This document shows, one piece after another, positions 1-10,050 of a stretch of 64,000 bases of DNA. The position numbers and the translations under genes were made by a program. Under the pieces are notes generated by a model that searched no databases, was not told the DNA's origin, and saw only the letters and a program-made list of their open reading frames with translations. Source of the stretch: Wickerhamiella versatilis. Its lineage: Eukaryota. The stretch's first letter is position 1. The number at the start of each line of letters is the position of its first letter. Where the stretch lies: assembly GCA_030867685.1 (NCBI GenBank), contig JAQOWU010000001.1:124001-188000 (forward strand), in the 5' to 3' direction.

Positions 1-977
1 TTAAATGGTGTGACTGGTGGACTTGCCTGTGATTGTGGTGAAGGCAATGTTGCTGCACTAGACGATGCAGACGCACAAGCGTAGTCGAAAGAAGCCTGTC
101 GGCTGGACATAACCGAAGAAGGTGGAGTGAGAGGAGATGAGAACATCTGGTTTTGTGTTGTTGCGAGCTGCTCCTCCTCTCTGGCACATTTCTGGCGCAT
201 CATGTATTGGTCGACGACCCGCGTAACCTGGTGATGCTCCATTGTGCCGAACTTCTCAGCCAATTTGCGAGGTGGATTTGTGACAAGGTCCACCAGCAGA
301 CTGAGGCATGTGATTTCTTGGGGGGTTGTGACCTCACTAAATGGATCTGGGAGAACATTGAGGAGGTGCAAACTGAGTGCGTGCACACAGCGAGCGACCA
401 TATAAGGATCCTCACCCACAAAATCCTTGTGGTAGAGGGTGATCTCCGCAATGTACCTGCCGAGATCCTCAAGTAGAGCCGACGACCCATTGCTCAACAG
501 CAGAGATAGAAAAGTATCCACTGTGCAATGTGAGATATTCCAATCCAAAGTGTTCAGCATGTGTCCCTCCATCTGCACAAACATGTCCCCCGCGTAAGCC
601 TTGCAACAAAGGTGCCTCAGCATCTGGATAGTAGGTACTCGTGATTTCTTGTCTTCGTACTTCGCGGCTATCCACAGAGCTGTGCAACCCATGAGCTGGA
701 AATGTTTCCTAAACACTATACGGCGAGAGCAGTAGCGGTTTACGATGTTAACCGCAAGAAACAATGTCTGAGGCTGCAATCGGAGTCGTGTGTGGACGTC
801 TATCATAAAATCAACCAACGTTGGCCACATCCTCCATTCAATCTCAGGTTGCATATCAATCATAACGGGTTCAGGACGGGTGGCTCGATCTTGTGCAATT
901 ACATGCTCAAGGATCGACTGTCGATACTCTGTCGCGACCCGTCGCGACAGTTCACGCTCTGCCACTACCGTCTCCAT
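1..977 (-). CDS. G1-type cyclin (Cln/Ccn1/Puc1-like), 3' end runs off the window
   Basis: Not in the ORF track. Manual translation from ATG 977: METVVAERE...MIDMQPEIEWRMWPTLVDFMIDVH...TLFLAVNIVNRYCSRRIVFRKHFQLMGCTALWIAAKYEDKKSRVPT...FVQMEGHMLNTLDW. This is a fungal G1 cyclin box, followed by an SP/TP-rich PEST-like tail. The frame is open to position 1. Confidence 0.92.
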   Translation of the reverse strand, partial: METVVAERELSRRVATEYRQSILEHVIAQDRATRPEPVMIDMQPEIEWRMWPTLVDFMIDVHTRLRLQPQTLFLAVNIVNRYCSRRIVFRKHFQLMGCTALWIAAKYEDKKSRVPTIQMLRHLCCKAYAGDMFVQMEGHMLNTLDWNISHCTVDTFLSLLLSNGSSALLEDLGRYIAEITLYHKDFVGEDPYMVARCVHALSLHLLNVLPDPFSEVTTPQEITCLSLLVDLVTNPPRKLAEKFGTMEHHQVTRVVDQYMMRQKCAREEEQLATTQNQMFSSPLTPPSSVMSSRQASFDYACASASSSAATLPSPQSQASPPVTPF

Positions 978-1190
978 AGCTTGTTTTTTCCAAGATGGGT
1001 AGTCTTCAGATCTTATAGTTACCTAACTCCATCCCTTTTCAGCCCCCTGCAGTCCTTCGAAATATTCAGGGTAAGGAGCAACTAAGTACATTTTGCATTC
1101 CGCACATTTCATAAAGCAAAAAGAAGTAAAAATTTGATTATGACATATAAAGAAGATATTAAGAGTATACAAAGAGTTTTTGAAGGCATA

Positions 1191-1874
1191 TTTCGCGCCC
1201 AAACAGGTCAACGGCTTGACCGCGTTCAGGGCTGGGTTATGGGCAAGGTGATCAAGGGGACGTTCTCTGAGCTCTAACCGGAATCAAGGGACATGTGAAG
1301 GTATTTGTTACTTACATCTATAATTAATGAAGCAAATAAAATATTCGCCTGTGAAATATAGATATAGACGCCTTTGGTGTTCAAATTGGGCCCTGGCATC
1401 TTGAGCGTTGCCCTTACCCACCATACCACCTGTGTGTTGCCGTGGCTTCAGTGATTTTACCGGAAAATAAGTTGCACCCAGGCCAATAGTATTAATTACT
1501 CCCAGATACATTCAGGCTTGTCTGAGGGTTGTCTCACTCCTGCAGCGAGTCCTTTTTACCCCTCGCCCTCTTTGAGTCCCTAATTAGACTGCTGGATACA
1601 GCGGGGCTCTCTCGAAAAAGGACAATCGCGAATTATATACACCTATGCCATTGACGCAAAATTTAGTTGGTTCCTATTCTCTGTAGCAAGTGAATCTAGG
1701 ATAAATCTTTCAGCCGCGGAAAATCCCGAATAGCCTGTTCAGGCCGCCTGCGCCGAGGCGCATTACTCCTAACCCCGTGGTATGCATATTGGCATAGTGA
1801 GGTGTCGACGCGTGAAATTGATCCTGAAACGGCAAAACTAGTTAATAGCATCTATTTGACAAAATAAAACGCGT
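1191..1874. promoter_or_regulatory. G1/S cell-cycle elements upstream of the cyclin (SCB and MCB)
   Basis: TTTCGCG (SCB, reverse of CGCGAAA) at 1191-1197; ACGCGT (MCB) at 1808-1813 and 1869-1874. Confidence 0.45.
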
Positions 1875-2488
1875 CCTAGACTCTCTCATGTGACCCACAT
1901 TCTCCACTCCTTGCTTAACTCCTGTCATGAAGAATTAAATCACCTGACCCTTATTTGTCATCATTATAAGACATTGGACACGAGAGCTTCCGCTGTGCGG
2001 AGTGAAGCTGGATGTGTCAGTTATCATAAGCGCTTAACTAGAATTAGCGTTTTCTGAGGCATCATTTCCTGGAACTGTGCACATCCATCTTCTGCATTTT
2101 GTTTCTATGAACTCGAGTTAAATTAAAGTGAACCTTATTTATGGTAACCTAATTTACTAAATAGCTCCATTGGTCGAAAAAAGAATCATTAGAAGGCACG
2201 CAGATACCCCTCTACTATAGTGCGGATGCTAGTGATACCATAGAGATCCTAGCAAGTCTGGTTTAAGCTGGGTTCGTTGGATTATTATCCAAAGATTTCG
2301 CATAAAAGTAGAGTAAATACTATCTTTAAAATATTTGTACAGCACATAATTGCGCTGATCAGCATAAAGGTTGTTGCTCACGGTACAAGCTTTCATCCGC
2401 ATTAGGTAGGCGGAGTCCTCTGGACTAAGCTCTTAATTTAAGCGGGATTCAAACTTTAACTGACTTCCCCTTTCATTCTTTCCAGTCC

Positions 2489-2791
2489 ATGCACGCCCAT
2501 TCAACGAGTCAGACATTCATTGCTGATCCAAAGGATCAGGAAATCCTTCGTTTACAACTCGCTTTGCTCGAAGCACAAAACCAAGTTGAGGCAGCCAACT
2601 CTCGCTACCAGTACATGCTGGAGTTCTTTATGGGTGGTGAGGATTTGAACTTGTTCTCTTCTCATTCTACGGACGAGGACAATGAAGGACCAAGGGCCCG
2701 ACTCACAACTTCGAGACCCATGCAAGGAATCGCTTCTCCCAATACCACCGAAGTGAACGAAGATAACCACCATTTGGCTCATCGAATCTAA
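2489..2791 (+). CDS. Hypothetical 100-aa protein with a short coiled coil
   Basis: ATG-started ORF in an AT-rich intergenic background; heptad-like KDQEILRLQLALLEAQNQVEAANSRY. No recognised family. Confidence 0.45.
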   Translation: MHAHSTSQTFIADPKDQEILRLQLALLEAQNQVEAANSRYQYMLEFFMGGEDLNLFSSHSTDEDNEGPRARLTTSRPMQGIASPNTTEVNEDNHHLAHRI

Positions 2792-3012
2792 ATACACTTA
2801 TAGAGACTATCTAAATTGCTTGGTATTATTCTCCGTACAGTGTGCAATAGAGCTTTAAGGGGACATTAGAATTCATCTATCGGGACAATTTCATTGCTAT
2901 TCAAATGTTTATGGAGTGTGCTAAATTGTGCCTTCACCTGTGAGTTACATTTCTATTTTCCCTGTAGTTCACAAATGATGGTTTGGTAATCAGACGATTT
3001 TTCGCCGGGAAT

Positions 3013-3786
3013 ATGGATAACGTCAAGCATATCTGGCTTGTACTGTCCGGTAAAGGCGGTGTGGGCAAGTCTTCTACCTCAATGCAAATTGCGTTGTCCC
3101 TCTATGAAAAGGGCTATAAGGTTGGCGTTCTAGACATAGATCTCACCGGGCCATCAATACCCCGTATGTTTGGTGTGGAGCGCCAGAAAGTCCACCAAGG
3201 TTCTGGTGGTTGGATTCCAGTTTACACAGATTCCTCAAAACGACTGGCAGTGATGAGTCTTGGCTTTTTGCTCGGCGATCGAGGTGGTTCAGTCGTGTGG
3301 CGTGGGCCCAAAAAGACAGCCATGATCCGGCAATTTCTAAATGATGTCATGTGGGGCGATTTGGATTATCTTGTAATTGATACTCCCCCAGGAACATCCG
3401 ACGAGCATATCACCGTAGCGACCGAGCTACAGTCTCTTAACCCTGATGGTGCAGTGCTCGTAACTACTCCCCAGGAGGTCGCAGCAGCAGATGTACGAAA
3501 GGAGCTCACATTTTGCCGTAAAGTTAATTTTAATGTTCTGGGTGTTATAGAGAACATGAGTGGATACGTATGCCCTCATTGTCAAGAATGTTGCAACATT
3601 TTTTCCAAAGGTGGCGGTCAGGCTCTTTCGAAGCAATTTAATATACCATTTTTGGGATCCATTCCACTTGATCCCCAATTGATTCAGATCATAGAGAATG
3701 AGGAAATTCTTGCAAAATATCCCGAAACGCAACTCAGTAGCATTTTCGATAGAGTTGTAACAGAATTGATCGCCAAAACGTCCTAG
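3013..3786 (+). CDS. CFD1: Cytosolic Fe-S cluster assembly P-loop NTPase Cfd1
   Basis: [38 protein letters not shown] and [11 protein letters not shown]. It lacks the N-terminal Cys cluster of Nbp35. First ATG at 3013. Confidence 0.95.
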   Translation: MDNVKHIWLVLSGKGGVGKSSTSMQIALSLYEKGYKVGVLDIDLTGPSIPRMFGVERQKVHQGSGGWIPVYTDSSKRLAVMSLGFLLGDRGGSVVWRGPKKTAMIRQFLNDVMWGDLDYLVIDTPPGTSDEHITVATELQSLNPDGAVLVTTPQEVAAADVRKELTFCRKVNFNVLGVIENMSGYVCPHCQECCNIFSKGGGQALSKQFNIPFLGSIPLDPQLIQIIENEEILAKYPETQLSSIFDRVVTELIAKTS

Positions 3787-3913
3787 AACACCCTTAGCTT
3801 TCTCTTTTTGTTCTATACATGAATTTCACGACTTTCTTTCCCATGTCATTGTAAATTATATATGTCAATGTCAAAATATAACAGTCCCATAGAACGTCAA
3901 AAGCAATAAATAA

Positions 3914-4804
3914 TTATTGCTTTGATTTAGGCTTAAAATATGCCGTACAAAACTCTTCTTTAGCATTCCAATCAAGTTTATCCCCAAGCATTCTCAGGCG
4001 TCCAAGTTGACAGAGGGCTCGTGCAGCATAGTCCTGCGTCGGGCTCGGGAGTGGTTCACCAACCTTGATAGCTGCCATATATACCCAGGCACTGGTCGCC
4101 ATTGTCCAAAGATAGGAAATCCAGTTTTGAGGGAGGGGGGATGTGGCACAATTAGGAGTCCAGCGGATGGCTGCCGGTATAACCCGACTGTCTGTCTTCG
4201 AGATTTCGGAAAAGTTGGTGTTTTTTAAAGTGAGAAGACCGATACCGTTAGAGCTTGTTCCTTCAGCGAAAATAATGACAGCTTTTCCGGATTTTCTTGC
4301 ATTCAGGACAATTTCTTTTAGTGTATCAGTGTTCTCAATGGACTCTTGTGGATACAATCTTAGAGCCTGAAAAAAAGAGGCCCAGGTGCCCTTGGAAATA
4401 AAACCTTTCTCCGCTGTGGGCCATAAAAATATGCATGACGTCTGGCTCGAATAGACTAAAGGGTCCAAAGGGCTTGTGAGATTCGATATGACAATATCAC
4501 CTCCACCTATACGAGAATTACCTTCACGCTTCCGCGAACCTCCTCGTCGTTCGCCATCATATGTTACGGACAAATATAGTACCTTGAGAGCTCGAAGAAC
4601 GGCCCAGCGCAAAAACCAGCGGCCTGTAAGCCAGCCCAGTAAGACATCGGCTGTCACTGTAACCAAACTTACTGGCACACTTAACACGGCAGAGAGCCAC
4701 ACACTAGCTTTTCCAAGAAACCAGTAGCCAGCACGCGCAGGCTTCTGTGGCAGGAATGGAGCTACACCAGTGGCCTCATCGCGATATCGCGAGAAACGTT
4801 CCAT
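3914..4804 (-). CDS. LOA1: Lysophosphatidic acid acyltransferase Loa1/Vps66-like
   Basis: N-terminus MERFSRYRDEATGVAPFLP is typical of the family; PlsC-like motifs SNLTSPLD and IFAEGTSSNG. Confidence 0.85.
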   Translation of the reverse strand: MERFSRYRDEATGVAPFLPQKPARAGYWFLGKASVWLSAVLSVPVSLVTVTADVLLGWLTGRWFLRWAVLRALKVLYLSVTYDGERRGGSRKREGNSRIGGGDIVISNLTSPLDPLVYSSQTSCIFLWPTAEKGFISKGTWASFFQALRLYPQESIENTDTLKEIVLNARKSGKAVIIFAEGTSSNGIGLLTLKNTNFSEISKTDSRVIPAAIRWTPNCATSPLPQNWISYLWTMATSAWVYMAAIKVGEPLPSPTQDYAARALCQLGRLRMLGDKLDWNAKEEFCTAYFKPKSKQ

Positions 4805-5409
4805 GTGCCGTACTAAGTAAGCACAAAAGAGAGAGCTACATTTTGGCATTACAGAACTCATCGATTCATGATATGCTGTTCGCCATGATATTTGAGCAAA
4901 AAAATATAAATTTTGAATACTTAATTTCTTTTTAGCCTAGCATAAGTTCTTGATGTTCAGGCTGGCACACATACGAACAACACCAGCCATCAGGTTGAGC
5001 AGGAAAGCCTCTTAATGTATTAGATCAAAAACAGTCTACGGATTTGGATGATCAAAAAGATTGAATGCTGAAGTATGTGAGCTATTTTTGTCTGCTAGAA
5101 AAAGTCTTGTCATCACTCACTGCTCAATTCTCACGAGGACGCGGATTCTATGTCCCAAGAGGATATGCTGGTGAGCTCTGGAGGAGATTCAATAAACATT
5201 TAATCACCTCTTCATATAGTACTAGTGAGTTGCCTATATATTTAGAGGGTTAGGTGAAAGTCCCACATTAAGTTCTGAAATAGGAAATTTGAAACTTTGA
5301 GCTCGTGGAGAACATTCCAAGTGGAATTTTGGTAATGAGTAGCACTTAAATCATAAGGCGCTTCTTTCTCGGATATTTCGTGGTGACGTAATAAGCTGGG
5401 CATGGCAGC

Positions 5410-6357
5410 ATGTCTTTTCGAGGTGTGGTGACAAGAGGACAAGACTTCTTGTTGAATTATCCACGTGATAAATGGTGGTGGAATTGTCTCAGCACAGCCA
5501 CAATTGCAGCCATTGCAATGACATCGAGGCTGTTTGTGCGTGGGCTGCACGCGGCTGAGATTGGCGGCATTGAACATTTCAACGAGGCCAGAGAGAGGGC
5601 TAAGAGGGATAAGCGTGGTATTGTCACCTTCATGAACCATGTAAGTGTTCTCGATGACCCACTTATATGGGGTGTCTTTCCGACTAAGACCTGGCGATCC
5701 AATGAAATGAGGTGGGTGCTTGGAGCTGATAATATTTGCTTTGAAACTACAGCTCGCAGTATCTTTTTTTCACTAGGTCAAGTTCTCAGCACACGTAGGT
5801 TTGGAATTGGCCCTTACCAACCTTCACTAGACACAGCTATTGTCCTACTAAACAAGGGACAATGGATGCATATATTCCCTGAGGGCTTCGTTCATCAACC
5901 TCTACCACCGTATGAGTCCAGTCTTAAATATTTCAAGTGGGGCATTTCTAGGATGCTCTTGGAGCCGGAACGAGCACCGATAGTATTGCCAATTTTCGGG
6001 CGTGGGCTGCAAAATATCCTCCCCGAGGGCGAACCACGAAACCTTCTTGGCTATGGCTTGCATACGCGGCCAAAATACCAGATTGGGCAGCCTTTAGATG
6101 ATAAATACCTGGAACATTTCCGAAATAGATGGCAGACAATGACATCTAGATGTGATAAAACCGGATATATTCCAGAGGAAATTCAGCGAGAATCCGAGAT
6201 GCTACGTAGTGAGGTGGCTTCGTTTTCACGAAAGGGGTTAACAGATTTTAAAAAAACTTTTGGATTCGACGACGAGGATCCTCGCTTCGAAGATCACAGC
6301 TTTTGGCATAATCAGAACGTCGTGAAAACAAGAACTAATGTTGTGAAAAAAAGTTAA
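5410..6357 (+). CDS. TAZ1: Tafazzin (cardiolipin transacylase)
   Basis: MNHVSVLDDPLIWG, MRWVLGADNICF, FFSLGQVL, HIFPEGFVHQ and YFKWGISR. Confidence 0.95.
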   Translation: MSFRGVVTRGQDFLLNYPRDKWWWNCLSTATIAAIAMTSRLFVRGLHAAEIGGIEHFNEARERAKRDKRGIVTFMNHVSVLDDPLIWGVFPTKTWRSNEMRWVLGADNICFETTARSIFFSLGQVLSTRRFGIGPYQPSLDTAIVLLNKGQWMHIFPEGFVHQPLPPYESSLKYFKWGISRMLLEPERAPIVLPIFGRGLQNILPEGEPRNLLGYGLHTRPKYQIGQPLDDKYLEHFRNRWQTMTSRCDKTGYIPEEIQRESEMLRSEVASFSRKGLTDFKKTFGFDDEDPRFEDHSFWHNQNVVKTRTNVVKKS

Positions 6358-6577
6358 GACTTATATATATTATAATTTAATGTAGTATAATATAAAATAA
6401 TATAATAGATTATATGGTATTGGTATTGGTATTCGTATTCATATTATCTCTGTATTAGGAAGGTAGGAGAAAGAAAAATATTACGATTGCTTGGCATTTA
6501 AACAGATATAGCTAGTAGTGCGTGCCTATGCTAACCAAAAGTGCACCTGAAATATTTTCAGAAATTGAAATAGTATA

Positions 6578-7921
6578 ATGATCTATCCAGTGGTTCTGGT
6601 TACTAAGCTGGTTTCCTCGATGGATGGGGAGATAGAGGCACGCAATTCTGTGCCTCGTACCACATCATCTCCAGCACCCAAAAATGATGATTCTGTTGCG
6701 CGTATTGACATGGATGTTCTTATGACAAAATTCCAGCGTCAGCTTGGGCGCCATTGGGAAAAATATCGCGATACTCTATCGCATTATCTCATGGGAAAGT
6801 TAAGTCGTGCAGAGCTCGTTACATCACTCAACGCTTGCTTAGGCTCGGGAAATGTGCGCAATCATAATTTTTTTGTTTTGAGTTTACTGGCTAATGCGTT
6901 CCGAGAACCTCCACCGGGTAATGAGTCAAGTGTGCTGGGGGGGTGGTCTGCATCGAAGTCTGGCAGCTCTCAGAGCAATCAAACGTACTCTGATACCTCT
7001 GCGGAAATGATATTCCGTGAAATTCTCAGCTTACCTGTTCGTGAAAGAACTCGTATCAAAAATATCAGTCGAGAACGCCAATCAATTATACAGCCACCAC
7101 GACAAGGCGGATCCCCTCAGATCCAAACTCAAATTCCACCGCCCCTTCCCGTGGTGACAGCTACGCGCCAGACACTTCTTCCGCGTATTCCATTTGTGCA
7201 GGATCGGGATAAGAGCTCCAGCCAGGCCCATGATCTCGATAAAAAGACGAACACTCCGCTTCCTCTAGCCCAGCAACAAAAGAGTAACATTTCTAAGTTC
7301 AAGGGTCCGCAAACCCAGCAACTGCCACCAGATGCCTCGACACGAGAGGAGGATCCAACTGTCGCAGATCTGCCAGGCGTACACCCAGGTAGGCCTAGTG
7401 GGCCTCTGACTTGGACACAAGATATAATCCATGCATTTGAGCTGCCTTTGGCATCTGAATCCTATGAATTACCTACAGATGACACAGTAGGCACTCGCAT
7501 GCTGGGAATTGCCCTTGAGAATGGCCTTGTGGATGGATTAGAGGCCGGAACCACAGACATGATGCTCGTAGGCCTCGAGCAATATCTTCGACGTACCATG
7601 GAAAGGTTGATTGAGACAAGCTATCATCGCAATGTGAATTCTCAGCATCCCCTAGGCCCTGAAGATCTTGATCTGTTTGTAGATGTGCACCCCAGTGAGC
7701 TTGTCGAACTTTCCGCACCATATTACAGACTGAAGACGAATTTTCTCCAGGATGAGGAGACTGCACCGCCTGCGAAAAAACCTAGAGTTTCTGCGCCACC
7801 AGAGCTCGATTTGCTTGACCATCCACCAACCGAGCCTCTCCCTGAACATGCCGCAGCAGCAGAAAAGGAAAATGAAGCCGGTAAAGGTTTAATATCGGGT
7901 TTGTTGCAGGATATATCGTGA
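6578..7921 (+). CDS. HFI1: SAGA complex subunit Ada1/Hfi1 (start may be Met at 6620)
   Basis: WEKYRDTLSHYLMGKLSRAEL..HNFFVLSLLAN, and the histone-fold region LASESYELP...RMLGIALENGL...VGLEQYLR. Confidence 0.85.
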   Translation: MIYPVVLVTKLVSSMDGEIEARNSVPRTTSSPAPKNDDSVARIDMDVLMTKFQRQLGRHWEKYRDTLSHYLMGKLSRAELVTSLNACLGSGNVRNHNFFVLSLLANAFREPPPGNESSVLGGWSASKSGSSQSNQTYSDTSAEMIFREILSLPVRERTRIKNISRERQSIIQPPRQGGSPQIQTQIPPPLPVVTATRQTLLPRIPFVQDRDKSSSQAHDLDKKTNTPLPLAQQQKSNISKFKGPQTQQLPPDASTREEDPTVADLPGVHPGRPSGPLTWTQDIIHAFELPLASESYELPTDDTVGTRMLGIALENGLVDGLEAGTTDMMLVGLEQYLRRTMERLIETSYHRNVNSQHPLGPEDLDLFVDVHPSELVELSAPYYRLKTNFLQDEETAPPAKKPRVSAPPELDLLDHPPTEPLPEHAAAAEKENEAGKGLISGLLQDIS

Positions 7922-8058
7922 AACTCGTTGTAAACTAATATGGCAATTGCATATTTTTTTTCTCAGTCTTTGAGAACAATTTAAAAGTGGGCACACTGCT
8001 TATTCCCAAGATTTACTCTCAATACTCTTGATAATTATTACTCCTGACGCTAAACCAT

Positions 8059-8457
8059 TTATAGACATGCAATCGCAATAATGCTTATAGTTAATATTGT
8101 GGTTCCCACTGTCGATAACGACCTCCTTTGTACCGTACTGCTGTTAGCGTTGGTGGACGCGTCCATCATAGTTTTCGAACGCATAATATTTGATTTGGTT
8201 GAAATTTCATAATTTCGTCTTAGGTTCCTCTTCGAGTAAAGGGATGAGACCATTAACGAGAGAGGAACACCAGTGGTAATAACACCAAAGATAATACAAG
8301 TGACTTTCCAACCCCTATTGAGGTTGAATTGATATAAACTGCGGGGGGTGCGTCTCAATTCACCAATACGTAGATTATTGAGAAGTCTCTCTACCCGAGA
8401 TCTGTTCCTATTATCACTTTCACGTCGATTGGCAGTTTGAACAACTGTTTTAAACAT
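8059..8457 (-). CDS. Hypothetical basic protein with two hydrophobic segments
   Basis: ATG at 8457; Arg-rich N-terminus; hydrophobic stretches VTCIIFGVITTGVPLSLMV and TILTISIIAIACL. No family recognised. Confidence 0.3.
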   Translation of the reverse strand: MFKTVVQTANRRESDNRNRSRVERLLNNLRIGELRRTPRSLYQFNLNRGWKVTCIIFGVITTGVPLSLMVSSLYSKRNLRRNYEISTKSNIMRSKTMMDASTNANSSTVQRRSLSTVGTTILTISIIAIACL

Positions 8458-8592
8458 ATGAGGATACAAGTGATGGGCAAGGGTTCACTGGGCAGGTTTT
8501 AACCACATATCTCGGGTAGTATTCACTTGGTATATTTCCATCACTCAAAAATAATGCCAATAGTTCGAAATATATACATTTGACCTCATAAT

Positions 8593-8748
8593 TTACTGAC
8601 CAGCAACCCTGCGTAGTTCCTCCTGCACCTTGTTCACCTCATCAAGCCTTTCCTTTTTCATTCTCTCGAGACAAAGCTGGGACTTATAGGCCACGAGGCC
8701 GTAGAAGATGGCTCCAGCACCAAGTCCTACCTTAAGCACAGGATACAT
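8593..8748 (-). CDS. Probable mitochondrial ATP synthase subunit e (Tim11/Atp21-like), 51 aa
   Basis: MYPVLKVGLGAGAIFYGLVAYKSQLCLERMKKERL...: the VL[KR]x7[IL]F[YF]G spacing and a Cys nine residues after the Gly match recalled yeast subunit e (VLRYSALGLGLFFGFRNDMILKC). A charged helix follows. Confidence 0.55.
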   Translation of the reverse strand: MYPVLKVGLGAGAIFYGLVAYKSQLCLERMKKERLDEVNKVQEELRRVAGQ

Positions 8749-8837
8749 TCGTTCTTGTGGGAGAGTTGAGAGTTGATCAAGTAAGCACCTGTGATAGTAG
8801 CTTAGAGTCTCTTTTAGCCAACAGCGACCAACATGCC

Positions 8838-10013
8838 ATGGCAAGTGATAATCCAGACGTGAAGAGGGATGAATGTTTGCATGGTATGGAAACCTATTAC
8901 CAGGACTTGAAATTATGGCATGATTCCTGGAAGCGGCATAAGGACTGCACTAATACATATATTTCCAGCCAACTCTCCGAGAGTGATATGAACAAGGAAA
9001 AATTGGCAAAGATAGAAATCTTCAAAAAAATTGATCCGGAAAGCTTTGAAGATACTTCGACCTATGCTGATCGACTGTTGTTGTCAGACTGTAGAAGCTT
9101 GGAATTCTATATTGCAACCGTCCTAATGGGAGGTGTAGTGGAATGCGAGACAGCATCTCAGAATGAATTGACTTGGGTAATTAGCCAAGCCAACTCCTCC
9201 CTAATGAGGACTATACGGTCTAGTAATCCTAACAGGCTGTGTGGTGAGAGCTCTGCTACCATTATATATACGTTGTTGGTTCTACAATTGAGAGCATTAA
9301 CCCGCTTGAAAGCATACGATGCTGCGTATTCGCTGTTGAAATACTATTCTGGTAATACTAGACTCTTTCCACCCTTGGAAGCTTCATCCCCAGTATCCCA
9401 GGCATCTTTTCATTATTTTGAAGGCATATACCATGTGGCTAGTAATTCTTTAGTTCCTGCCAGATCAGCACTTATGAGTGCTCTCACAATAGCATCCAAT
9501 TATGCGGTTCCCGAACTGCAACAGCGAATCCTAATCTATCTTGTTCCTGTGATGGCTGCATCTGAGCAACTCCGTCCGTCGTATAAACTATATGAGGAAT
9601 ATCCACTGGAAAAGAAGCTCTATGAGCCACTAATGAAGTCAATTGTGAGAGGGAACGTATCCCAGTTCAACGAGCATCTAAACAACTATAAACATATTCT
9701 GGTGTCCAATCGCTTGTATATCGTTGTGACCGCATTATGGAATCTTTGCATTGCTTGCCTGATGTGTCGCGTGCAACGAGTATTACAATCCTCTCGTATT
9801 GACATGGACATAATGGACAAAGCTCTTGAGTGGTCAGGCTACTTTAAAGATTTGAGGTCGCCCAGCAAGCGAAAGGCTTCTCAGGTCCTCTTGATAGCAC
9901 AGTTGATCAATGCTGGTCATGTGAGAGGTTATGTTGCTCCTGAACAGGGTCTAATTGTGTTGAGCAAGACAAATCCCTTTCCAACACTACGACGTCCAAT
10001 TTCTAATTCATAA
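8838..10013 (+). CDS. CSN12: PCI-domain protein Csn12/PCID2-like
   Basis: FHYFEG...RILIYLVPV...PSYKLYEEYP...LYEPLMKSIVRGN...LINAGHVRGYV...IVLSKTNPFP. First ATG at 8838. Confidence 0.75.
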   Translation: MASDNPDVKRDECLHGMETYYQDLKLWHDSWKRHKDCTNTYISSQLSESDMNKEKLAKIEIFKKIDPESFEDTSTYADRLLLSDCRSLEFYIATVLMGGVVECETASQNELTWVISQANSSLMRTIRSSNPNRLCGESSATIIYTLLVLQLRALTRLKAYDAAYSLLKYYSGNTRLFPPLEASSPVSQASFHYFEGIYHVASNSLVPARSALMSALTIASNYAVPELQQRILIYLVPVMAASEQLRPSYKLYEEYPLEKKLYEPLMKSIVRGNVSQFNEHLNNYKHILVSNRLYIVVTALWNLCIACLMCRVQRVLQSSRIDMDIMDKALEWSGYFKDLRSPSKRKASQVLLIAQLINAGHVRGYVAPEQGLIVLSKTNPFPTLRRPISNS

Positions 10014-10050
10014 AAGGCACGAAATAATAATCTACTCACACATACTATAT

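Noticed and set aside
153..1085. Plus-strand and alternative-frame ORFs at 153-476, 200-490, 469-687, 702-1085 and 790-1002
   Set aside because: These are shadows of the minus-strand cyclin gene.
4440..4500. Missing His in the acyltransferase HxxxxD motif (SNLTSPLD) of the LOA1-like gene
   Set aside because: As I recall, Loa1/Vps66 proteins commonly lack this His, so it is not evidence of a pseudogene.
4953..5300. Presequence-like 20-aa ORF (MFRLAHIRTTPAIRLSRKAS) and GAAAGTCCC resembling RNase MRP CR-I
   Set aside because: There is no splice path to a downstream ORF and no matching CR-V/P4 partner nearby.
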